Positions 26,606 through 35,800 of a stretch of 64,000 nt of DNA are shown in pieces; the stretch's first letter is position 1; the number at the start of each line of letters is the position of its first letter. The stretch spans positions 1 to 64,000 of IMG/VR virus record IMGVR_UViG_3300020050_010116; one strand, given 5' to 3'. The stretch is from a virus. Its lineage: Duplodnaviria; Caudoviricetes. The notes beneath the pieces are model-generated. The model did no database searches, was not told where the DNA came from, and was given only the letters and a program-made list of their open reading frames with translations. Position numbers and translations under genes: made by a program.

Positions 26606-27074
26606 ACTGAGTGATTTTCTATTTACAGATAAGGATTGTAGTCCGATAAAAAGACCGTTAGTCCTCCGTATGTACACAAGGGATTCTAAGTATAATATTG
26701 TTAAATGTCCTTACTGCACATCTGAAGGTTACTCTTCAGCTGCGTTAATGTGTCCTTATTGTAAAGGTGAAGGTAGTTTATTTAAAGATAAAATCATTGA
26801 AGGTTATATTTATAAAACAGCACTAACAAAAGAAAAACGTAATTTTGATATGCCATCTAAAGCTGGCACTAATTTTGCTGAATCTAGCTTTCTAGTTACA
26901 ATTAGTAATTTAGTGCTATACCCTAAAGATAAAATACTTAAGTTAGAATTAGATGCAAACGCTAGAATTAAAGTACCAATTAACATAGAACACACTTACA
27001 ATATATATGCTACTAATAAAGCAAAAGCTTCTACAAATAAAATAGATTATAATATTTCTGTACTATGGGATTAA
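26571..27074 (+). CDS. Head-closure / neck protein with CxxC...CxxCxGxG Zn finger
   Basis: CPYC...CPYCKGEG followed by a beta-rich domain, in neck-region synteny. Confidence 0.6.
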   Translation: MFQNPELNLSTELSDFLFTDKDCSPIKRPLVLRMYTRDSKYNIVKCPYCTSEGYSSAALMCPYCKGEGSLFKDKIIEGYIYKTALTKEKRNFDMPSKAGTNFAESSFLVTISNLVLYPKDKILKLELDANARIKVPINIEHTYNIYATNKAKASTNKIDYNISVLWD

Positions 27075-27078
27075 CTGT

Positions 27079-27699
27079 ATGTCTATTCCATTATTCGCAA
27101 GTTCTTCCCAACAAGAAGAACAATTAAATAATAAAAGAACTCCAGAAGAGTTTTATGAAGTACTTCACAGTTTATTTAAAGAATTAGACTTACTAGACTA
27201 CGAAATTGATAATGTAAAAAGAAGCAAATTTGCTTTTACAGAAGCTTATCCTGACAACGAGTACAATCAAAACAATGTTGTTACATACCATGTCATGGAC
27301 TCTGTACCGTTTGTTGCAAGTAGTTCTACAACACGTAAAGACACAACTTACCATAAAGCTGTACAAGTTAATCAGTACACTGATAAAAATACTGGTGATG
27401 TTATAGATCTTTATGTGACAAATAAAAAACATTGTATTGAATTAAGATGCTTCTCTGTTTCAAGTAGTACTTGCAGGCAATTAGCTAATTTAGTAGAGAG
27501 TGTGTTTAACACTCATTCAAATGTACTGAAGAAGTACATAAAAGATTTCAGATACCTCACCACAACCCAAGTAAGCTTTCTAGGTGAGTATGATAACAAA
27601 CGTTTGTTTACAGTTGCAGTATTTTTTGAAATATATACAAGTGTTCATCACACTGCAAACTTAGAACAAATAAGACAAATAACACTAAAATTTAAATAA
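27079..27699 (+). CDS. Tail terminator / tail completion protein
   Basis: 206 aa directly before the sheath gene. IELRCFS..S..CRQLANLVE matches the tail-terminator fold pattern. Confidence 0.6.
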   Translation: MSIPLFASSSQQEEQLNNKRTPEEFYEVLHSLFKELDLLDYEIDNVKRSKFAFTEAYPDNEYNQNNVVTYHVMDSVPFVASSSTTRKDTTYHKAVQVNQYTDKNTGDVIDLYVTNKKHCIELRCFSVSSSTCRQLANLVESVFNTHSNVLKKYIKDFRYLTTTQVSFLGEYDNKRLFTVAVFFEIYTSVHHTANLEQIRQITLKFK

Positions 27700-27710
27700 A
27701 GGAAAGAAAT

Positions 27711-29756
27711 ATGGTTAATCTTGTAGGTATCCAAACCGAAATTTTAGATGGTAACTTACGTACACAAGTTACCTTACCAGAAAACACTAGTCTGGTTATT
27801 GAACGTGCCAGTTCTGGTCCGTCAAATTCTCTGTATGTAGTTCAGGATTTTAAAATTGCTGAATCTATTTACGGAAGCCAATCCCATCTTATCCAATTAG
27901 CTAAAGATGTTCTTGCTGGTAGTAATGGTGCTACCTCTATTGCACTTTATCGTATTGGTGGTGGCCCAGCTTCAATTAAGAATATCTTCGGGGAATTCAC
28001 AGAGATTTCAACAATTGCTGAAACAATTACAGCAGGTGAAGATCTATCTTTGTATATTGGTCCTCGTCCTAACGATGCAAGCAAAGCATGTGTAATTGTA
28101 TATAAAGCTGGCAAAGTAGTTTACAGCAACGTGCCTAATAACATTGTTAGAGGTTTAGATGTATTAGTTGTTGATGGATTTGATCCTGAAAACCAACCTT
28201 ACCGTGTTGGTAGTGTAACAAGTCCAGTATTGTTTAGTGAAGTTGTTAACAATTTGCTTGATTCTACTATCCAAGTTGTTACTGCTACTGCAGCACAAAC
28301 TCTGATTACTCTAGGTTCTCCAGTGCCTTCGACTACTGCTAATTTAGCAGTTAGTAAAACTGTAGGTGGTGTTACTACTAACTTCACTGCATATACTACG
28401 ACTGTTACTGCCGGAGACTTAGTTTCAATTACACTTACTACGCCTGCTGCTGCAAACGATGTATATACTCTTAATTACACACAACCAACTGATCCTCAGA
28501 CTGTAATTGATAATGAAATTACTTACGCTTCTGGCAAGAACTCACTAAATGCAGATCTTAAAGGTCTTTATGAACTTTATGATTCAGCTTTCGAAGATCT
28601 TGAGAATGTTCGTGCAAGTACTGTGACAATTAAAGATTTATTTAACTGCCGTAATATCGTTGCTGGTGATGATGCCAGTAAAGATCGTTTAACTTACGTA
28701 CAACGTACTGAAGTAGATGAAGGTTTTACTTACGAATGGTCTGTAGATAAATTCTTGTATCAATTAGCTACTAACTCTTCTTTAACAACAACTGATCCTC
28801 TGCTGGCAGCTACTGACGGTAACGGGCAACCAGTTGTTGTTAAAGCCTACAATGAGGTTGATTTTGCTCATCGTTTAGGTATGTGGTGCTGGAAGAACTC
28901 CACAAGTTCTGACTATATTAACGGTACTATTGGAGCTGCACTGCCTAAGTCGACTACGACTGTTGCAGTTAAACGCTGGGTTGGTACACTACCAACCCAT
29001 GATATTTTTGGTAATATTGTAGCTAACGGTACTGGGTTGCTTGGTAACCGCTTTATGGCTGGCACTATTGATAAAGTTCAGGGGTTTTATGCTACTGAGT
29101 CTGGATACCCAGATGGTAGTCCATTAAAAGACAGTTACGGGTCTGTTGTTGATTTAGGCAAATACTTATCAATCGCTACGATTCCAATGTACTTAACTAC
29201 TGATTTATTATCAGGACGTGTATCTCCTTTAGTAGCTCCTCGTTCGTTTGCAGGTGCGTATGCTGGTTTAATTACTACTATTCGTCCAGGTGATAGTACT
29301 ACTAACGTTGCATTTAACAACATTAGCCCGTTGTTCACTATTACTGATAGTGTTGCTAATAAACTTAGTAGCTTAGGTTATGTTGCTTTGGTTCAAAAAC
29401 CAAACAAAGGGGTTACTGTTTATTCAGGTGATTTAGCAACTAACGGTAATTCAGACTTTGACTATGTTTCTACCGCTATTGCTGTATCATATATTGTTCG
29501 TAGAATTAATGATGCTGTTGATCCATTCCTTGGTCGTGGTATTGATTTCCCTCTAGCTGCTGCACTTCAAAATGCTGTGGACTTGGTGATCAAATCTGCA
29601 ACTAGTGCTGGCGTTATCAACGGAGGTTCAGTTTCTATTGCACGTACTTCTCCACATCAAATGCAAATTAGATTAACTATCCAGGCTAAAGAAGAGTTAC
29701 GTCAAGTTGTAACAACTATCGCTCTTACGCCTGATACCACTTTTATTCAACAATAA
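27711..29756 (+). CDS. Contractile tail sheath protein
   Basis: 681 aa with a sheath-type C-terminus (AYAGLI, YSGDL, IVRRINDAVDPFLG, ELRQVVTTIAL), located upstream of the tube gene. Confidence 0.9.
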   Translation: MVNLVGIQTEILDGNLRTQVTLPENTSLVIERASSGPSNSLYVVQDFKIAESIYGSQSHLIQLAKDVLAGSNGATSIALYRIGGGPASIKNIFGEFTEISTIAETITAGEDLSLYIGPRPNDASKACVIVYKAGKVVYSNVPNNIVRGLDVLVVDGFDPENQPYRVGSVTSPVLFSEVVNNLLDSTIQVVTATAAQTLITLGSPVPSTTANLAVSKTVGGVTTNFTAYTTTVTAGDLVSITLTTPAAANDVYTLNYTQPTDPQTVIDNEITYASGKNSLNADLKGLYELYDSAFEDLENVRASTVTIKDLFNCRNIVAGDDASKDRLTYVQRTEVDEGFTYEWSVDKFLYQLATNSSLTTTDPLLAATDGNGQPVVVKAYNEVDFAHRLGMWCWKNSTSSDYINGTIGAALPKSTTTVAVKRWVGTLPTHDIFGNIVANGTGLLGNRFMAGTIDKVQGFYATESGYPDGSPLKDSYGSVVDLGKYLSIATIPMYLTTDLLSGRVSPLVAPRSFAGAYAGLITTIRPGDSTTNVAFNNISPLFTITDSVANKLSSLGYVALVQKPNKGVTVYSGDLATNGNSDFDYVSTAIAVSYIVRRINDAVDPFLGRGIDFPLAAALQNAVDLVIKSATSAGVINGGSVSIARTSPHQMQIRLTIQAKEELRQVVTTIALTPDTTFIQQ

Positions 29757-29770
29757 GGAGTTAGTGTAAT

Positions 29771-30472
29771 ATGACTACAAATACTGAAGTACAAGAATAC
29801 ACTTCTAAATCAGGGACAGAAATTCACGCTGTTTTTGATACTGTAAAATTCGGTGATCTGCATATGGTTAAATATGCAGTTCAACGTGACGTAGCTAACG
29901 TACACGTCATGGGTCGTGTCGATCCTGTTAGTTTAGCCAGAGGTAAACGTCAAACTACTGGAGCTTGTGTATTCACAATCTTCCAAAAGGACCGTTTACT
30001 CGAAGCCATTAATAAAGGAGCCAATGACATCTTTTTAACCAATCACGAATTGGTTAACTATGGCAACCCAAGTGGTACAGACATTAACGGAAAAAAACGT
30101 GGTCAATTGTTCGCACCCGGTTCTCGTCGTTATAATACTGTCAACCCTGACTCTGTGGACGTTGTTTTAACAACTACAGGGGAAAATGCTAGTATTTTCG
30201 ATATTAATACTTACGGTGGCACTACTAAGGCTGCTCTTGCTGATCAAATCCCTCCTTTTGATATCACTCTTGTTGGTATTAGTGAGGTTGATCCAAGTGC
30301 AACTAATCGTATGATCATCCACGGTGTTCAGTTTACTAGTGATCAAGGCGGTACCTCGATTGATGACTTAGTCCTAGAGCGTCAACTGACCTTCTTAGCT
30401 CGTCGTATTAGTCCTTGGACTCCATTATCTGCTTTGGCTGTTCAATCAACAACCAACAACACTAAGGGCTAA
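29771..30472 (+). CDS. Tail tube protein
   Basis: SGTEIHAVF, GRVDPVSLARGKRQTTG, DQIPPFDITL, IHGVQF and SIDDLVLE match large-myovirus tube patterns. Confidence 0.88.
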   Translation: MTTNTEVQEYTSKSGTEIHAVFDTVKFGDLHMVKYAVQRDVANVHVMGRVDPVSLARGKRQTTGACVFTIFQKDRLLEAINKGANDIFLTNHELVNYGNPSGTDINGKKRGQLFAPGSRRYNTVNPDSVDVVLTTTGENASIFDINTYGGTTKAALADQIPPFDITLVGISEVDPSATNRMIIHGVQFTSDQGGTSIDDLVLERQLTFLARRISPWTPLSALAVQSTTNNTKG

Positions 30473-30493
30473 TCCGTCTAATTTAACCATTTC

Positions 30494-30523
30494 AAAGGGT
30501 GACTATTTTAGTCACCCTTTTTT
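30494..30523 (+). terminator. Rho-independent terminator after tube gene
   Basis: Perfect stem AAAGGGTGACTA-TTT-TAGTCACCCTTT followed by TTT. Confidence 0.9.
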
Positions 30524-30542
30524 ATTAACTAAGGAAAAATAA

Positions 30543-31238
30543 ATGTCAAATATTTTTATGACTGGTGCTGCCTCTCATTACGAATTAGAATCTGAATACG
30601 TCCCTATTCCTGGATCTTCAGTTAGTATTGTTTTGGAATTTCCTGAGATAGGTCCTTCAGGTAAGAGTGTTATTTTTCATTTAGATGATGCTATGACTGT
30701 ATCATTTTCAGTGTACCGTAGTAAGGTCAGGGTTATTCCTTTAGGAAGAAATGAAATACTAGGTTATGGATTAGGCACTAGACTTGTAGCTGGTAGTATG
30801 ATAAGATCAGTATTCTCCACTGACAAACTTTCTAAATTACAGGAAGATGTTTATGCAGCTACACAAGAAGAACTGCAAGCTAGGCTTCTTGGAATAAACG
30901 GGAAGATACCGAAAGGGCTTCCAAAACAAGATACGTTAGCTTTAATGAAAGATGATCTTACCTCGTTTAACATACATATAGTGACACAAACTGAAGATTT
31001 AGTTAAGAAAGCGGATGAATCGTATGGACCTTACTCTAGATATGAAGTTATATTAGGTTGCATTATGATGAATACAGGTCAAGTGTACAGTATTGAAGAT
31101 CTTATTACAGAAAGTACTTTTTCATTTGAAGCTAAAAGTGTGAAGACCATAACGAATTTAAATAAAAATAATTATAGTGCAGGGTTCAGTTCAGGCACAA
31201 AAGTAAGATCGGTCAGCGACTTACTAGGAGGGGTATGA
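30543..31238 (+). CDS. Tube-fold paralog (tube initiator / baseplate-tube junction)
   Basis: PLGR..ILGYGLGTRLVAGSMI and GQVYSIEDLITE parallel the tube protein motifs. Confidence 0.7.
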   Translation: MSNIFMTGAASHYELESEYVPIPGSSVSIVLEFPEIGPSGKSVIFHLDDAMTVSFSVYRSKVRVIPLGRNEILGYGLGTRLVAGSMIRSVFSTDKLSKLQEDVYAATQEELQARLLGINGKIPKGLPKQDTLALMKDDLTSFNIHIVTQTEDLVKKADESYGPYSRYEVILGCIMMNTGQVYSIEDLITESTFSFEAKSVKTITNLNKNNYSAGFSSGTKVRSVSDLLGGV

Positions 31239-31852
31239 GTAATCTTTATCAACATTATTACACATCAGCAGATGTTAATGTGTATTTAACATCCTTAGAT
31301 TATACTAGAAAATTACAATTAGATTTAGCCGTAGGTATAGGCTACAACCATCAGATTAGTGCGATGCCTGTGTATGGGTTAGGTTTTAATGAACCTGAGT
31401 TCTACTCAGTAGGGAATTCTATCGTAACAGGGCGTCTTGAAATTACTTATAAGAGTAACAAATATATTACTCTTGCATTAGAGTACTTATACGGAGATGG
31501 AGCTTACAAAATAAAGCTAGAAGAGATTGAAAAGAAACTCAATGCTAATAGAAAATCTGTCACTGACGAAGAACTTCAATTTTACGAACAATTTAAGAAG
31601 ACTCGTAAGACTGAAAGAGGGCCTGACGAATCCCTCGCAAGTTACACAGACCTTGTAAACTTAGTACTTATATTTGATAATACTAATTCATTTAAAACAG
31701 ACACACCTACTGTTACTACAATAACTGGCGTGAGATTTATGGGATTTTCGCAAGGAATTTCTTCTTCAGCAGAAAATACCATAACAGATCAATATTCTTT
31801 TTATGGAAAGAATATTACAAACACTAATACTTTCTCATTTGAGACGAATTAA
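31235..31852 (+). CDS. Tube-fold paralog (tube initiator / baseplate-tube junction)
   Basis: YYTSADV, MPVYGLG..EP..YSVGNSIVTG and ITGVRF...ITDQYSF parallel the tube motifs. Confidence 0.7.
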   Translation: MSNLYQHYYTSADVNVYLTSLDYTRKLQLDLAVGIGYNHQISAMPVYGLGFNEPEFYSVGNSIVTGRLEITYKSNKYITLALEYLYGDGAYKIKLEEIEKKLNANRKSVTDEELQFYEQFKKTRKTERGPDESLASYTDLVNLVLIFDNTNSFKTDTPTVTTITGVRFMGFSQGISSSAENTITDQYSFYGKNITNTNTFSFETN

Positions 31853-31880
31853 TTTTAACTAACTGAGTAATATAAATAAA

Positions 31881-32336
31881 ATGCAAATAAAATTTAATGA
31901 ACAAGAAACCCAAACTCAACAAACTAGTTTAGAAGAAGAATTAGAACTTGACGAAGAGTATCAATTTATTTTAAATATGCACCAAACACTTTCTTTAGTT
32001 GATCCTATAAGCTGCCCTTCAGTAGCAGTTATTGAGAGTTGGAAGCAAAAATATAAGAACATCTACATATCTACTGTTGTAGAACCAAATAAGTACTTTG
32101 TGTGGCGAGCTATTCGCAGAGGTGAGTACAAGAAACTCGAAGGAGAGGGTGCGTTTGAGAAACAAAGCACCATGCATGAAGTCTTAGTAGAGCAATGCTT
32201 ACTTTATCCTACAAGTACCCCTACTTGGAGATTAACACAACCTGCTGGAGTCGTAGATACTTTAGGTAAACAAATAGCATATCATTCTGGATGGATCTCT
32301 GATCAAGAGGCTTTCGCAGCAATAAGAGTTATCTAA
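31881..32336 (+). CDS. Tail assembly chaperone
   Basis: IESWKQKY.NIY, FVWRAIRRGEY, CLLYP and PAGVVDTL; positioned between the tube and tape-measure genes. Confidence 0.7.
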   Translation: MQIKFNEQETQTQQTSLEEELELDEEYQFILNMHQTLSLVDPISCPSVAVIESWKQKYKNIYISTVVEPNKYFVWRAIRRGEYKKLEGEGAFEKQSTMHEVLVEQCLLYPTSTPTWRLTQPAGVVDTLGKQIAYHSGWISDQEAFAAIRVI

Positions 32337-32337
32337 T

Positions 32338-32853
32338 ATGTTCTTAAATTCAGGTTTGTCTTACTATAATGTAGTACTTAACAATAGAATCATATACACT
32401 GAAAAAGGTCTTCAGATAAAAAATCCAAGCTTTAAAATTAGATTATTAACTTATGCTGAGTATGCTAAGATAGATATAATGAGGAAAGCTAATGTGTCTC
32501 CTTCAGACATCTACGAAGACATATTTACAGCTTGTTATTTAGGTATTCTAGGTTTTGAAGATGAAGTGCTAAATGCTGAAGAAACAGGATTACTTATTGA
32601 TACGTTAGGTGCTCTGATATTTAAGGAGTCATCCAAGTACTTTACTAATCCTGAGTATCACTTTAATACTGCCTCAAATGATATATCTAAATTTGATATA
32701 TGGTGCGGATTTATTGCAAGAATACTGAACTTAAATTACGATGATGTTAAACAAAAACCTATTGACGAAATAATTAGATTGTACTCCTTATCATTTATAG
32801 TCTCTGGAGGTACAATCCCACACATAGATTTAAAACCTAAACAAGGAGAGTAA
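32338..32853 (+). CDS. Tail assembly chaperone-like protein 2
   Basis: IRLLTYAEY...IFTAC..G...ETGLLIDTLG parallels the preceding ORF. It lies immediately upstream of the tape-measure protein. Confidence 0.6.
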   Translation: MFLNSGLSYYNVVLNNRIIYTEKGLQIKNPSFKIRLLTYAEYAKIDIMRKANVSPSDIYEDIFTACYLGILGFEDEVLNAEETGLLIDTLGALIFKESSKYFTNPEYHFNTASNDISKFDIWCGFIARILNLNYDDVKQKPIDEIIRLYSLSFIVSGGTIPHIDLKPKQGE

Positions 32854-32859
32854 CATATA

Positions 32860-35800
32860 ATGGATCCTAGATTAGAAGATACAGGTAACCCTATACCAGA
32901 GTTATTAGGTGCATATGCTGGCTATAAAGTACTTAATGCTTCTAATAAAGCTAGGGAGTTGTACAACAAACTGCCTGGAACTACAGCACTGCAGTATCAG
33001 CTTGCACGTTCTAATGTCGCCATCGACACAACAACTCAATCTCTAGACAGAGCCATCTTATCTCAAGTGATGGCTCTCGAAGAAGCATCTCCCTTACACA
33101 TCCTACGTACTTTTCAAATATCTAATCTATTACAACCCTTTATAAAAATATCCGATTTTAATCAGGAAGTGCATATAAGTGGGCAGTCTATAAGAGGACA
33201 ACAAGTCTTCTACGAGTCACTATTACGTGAGCAACAAAAAGAATCTAAAAGACGCGTTAATAGGTTACTACAATCTGAAGATTTAAAAAGAGGCTTAATA
33301 TTTAAAAATAATAAGCTGTATGGTGTAGATAAACAAGGTAAGATTAATCTTAATGATATTGTATTACATGACGCTAGGTTAGTTACAGCCACTCAAAGGA
33401 ATGGAGGAGTTGTATCCCAGAACCATGTACTTAGAAAATACGCAGAGGGTTTAAAAGCACCCCTTAACTTAAAAAATGCTATAAATGATCCGTTAATGGT
33501 GGTTGGCTCGTATCAGAATAATCTAGGCAAGCAACTCAATGCGTACTTGAAATTAGGTATGGAGATGGGTTATAAAACTCTCGACAACCCTATACAAGGT
33601 TTTGAAGATATTGTTTCTGGATTGGGAGGCGATCTTTCTGGATTAACTCGCACAAGTTTCTGGCAAAAAGCTAAATCACTTGCTAATATTAGACTAGGTA
33701 CGGGAGGGGTCTATGATTTAGATCATTTGCAAAGTTTAAAACTTATGACTAAGAATCTTGTAACTAAGAGTGCTGGGGCATACATTGGATATCAGGGTCT
33801 TGACTCCTTATCTCGTTGGCTAGCTCCTGCAGGTTCTGATTTTGATAGTGGTTTATTTGCAGGTTTAGGTGGTATGTATGCAGATTTTAGGATAGGTTTT
33901 GCTAAAGTATGGTCCGACCGTTTCCAAGGATATAAAGAAAGACAAGAACAATCAGCACCCGGTTCTACAGATTTACTTACGTTAATGGGTTTTCCTCTAG
34001 GTGGTGCTTTAGTAGGCGCTCAGTACTCTTACTTTAGCCGTATAGGTAAGACTTTTAAAGATGGAGCCCCAGCAGCAGCAGATAAATACTCAGCTGAGAA
34101 TACATCCAAGCTGCTGCAAAGAGTTGCTGGTATTGATAGTCCAATGACTTTAATGAAACGTAATTCTCTTATTGGGGCTGCAATTGGCGGTGCTCTTACT
34201 TTACCATTCTTGCCTGGAGCTTTAATTGGAGCTTCTTCTAAAGAATTAGAGGAAAGATACTCAGGTAAGAAAGACACAGAGATTAGGGCAAACCGTTGGT
34301 GGTTATTTGGTGGTAACTCTATTCAAGGAGACCATGTAAAGTACTCACAAAAGAATTGGTTTCAATTAGCTAAAAGCGAAGGTAAAACAAAAGCAATTTA
34401 CGGAGACGATGAGACCAAAAAATCCCTTAATCCTTTATTACATCCTTTCTCTTATTTAAGAGACCCTTATAAGTTTGAAAAGCTAACAAATGATTCAATG
34501 CCTTATCCAGTATGGGGTATGGAGATTGGTTATGGTTCTTTCGTAGGTAAAATCTTTGAAAGAACTATAGGTCAGGTTATAAAACCTGATGTACTTAATC
34601 CAGAAATAGCGCAAGCAAAAAAAGAACATGAAGCTCGTGTTAATAAACTTAAAAATACAAATGATATTTTTGGGTTATCTATAGACAAAGAGATAATCTC
34701 GTTTAGAAATAAAAATCTAGGTGCAAGTTACACTCCTTCGACTGAAGATTCTTTTGGAGAAAAGACTACAAGATTATTTGAGTACGGAGAGTATAACCCT
34801 GCTTTAAGAAATATTGTTAATCAAGTGGCTGGTCTTAAGAATACAGATAACACTAAAGTTATTGATTTGTCAAAGTACGATATAAACGTTGAAGACGCTG
34901 ATACAATAGAGTTAAAAAGAAAAGGTCTATTTGGATTTCTAGATAAGAAAGTGCAGGTTCGTCTTGCCGGTGTTGATGCACCGGAGACTTCTGACCATGC
35001 TGCAGGAAGTTCACCTAAAGACGTATTTCATCAAGCTCAGGAGTACAATAAAGAAGCCACACAAACGCTTAAAGACATGCTAGCAAGGCAATCTGAGTTA
35101 AAATTGATTGTTAATACAAAAGATCAAACTTATGGTCGCCAACTAGGTGTTATTGTTGGTGATAATAATTCAAATATCAATATGGAACTTCTAAGACAAG
35201 GTGCTGTTACAGCGTTACCTTGGGATGGGGGCGACATTGTTAGTAAATCTGATTTAATGGCGGCGCAGAAAGAAGCTCAAAGAAATAACAAAGGACTTTG
35301 GCAAGGAAAGCGTTATAAAGCTGAGCAGTTATTCGGAGAATTAACAGGTGAGGTTCAAACCCACAACACTTTTACTAGTCTTCAAAGACTCTCTGAAAAT
35401 CCTGTGTTAGGTTCTTTAGCTACGTATTTAAAAAACATAGAAGGGCAAAAAGGGGGCTTAACTCAAGAACAAGTACAAGATATCACTATGTTAGCTAACA
35501 CATTTCTTAATTTTAAAGAAGGGACTTCAGAACAAAAACAAAGAAGTAGAGATCTAGGTCTAGAAGTTAGAAAGAACCCTACAGACGGAAGCACCTCAGC
35601 TATAAATACTAACTTAAGCTTTACACCTAATGTTCTGCCTTCTCTGGGTTACGGGAATACAGGTGTAAAGCCAGTACTACCTGCACCTAGCTTTGATCCG
35701 ATAACTCAAGGAAGTGAATTAGCATACCAAAGCCTCACAGATTTTGTTGGTATTAAAGGTTGGGCTTTCAGTATGGCTGTTGATGCTTTAGTAAATGACA

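Noticed and set aside
31871-31878. Exact T4 late promoter TATAAATA
   Set aside because: It ends only 2 nt before the ATG at 31881, too close to produce a transcript including the start codon. It is a likely chance match in AT-rich DNA.
32300-32345. Programmed frameshift joining the two tail chaperone ORFs (lambda G/GT type)
   Set aside because: No X-XXY-YYZ slippery heptamer was seen near the end of ORF 31881, and the second ORF has its own ATG 1 nt after the stop.
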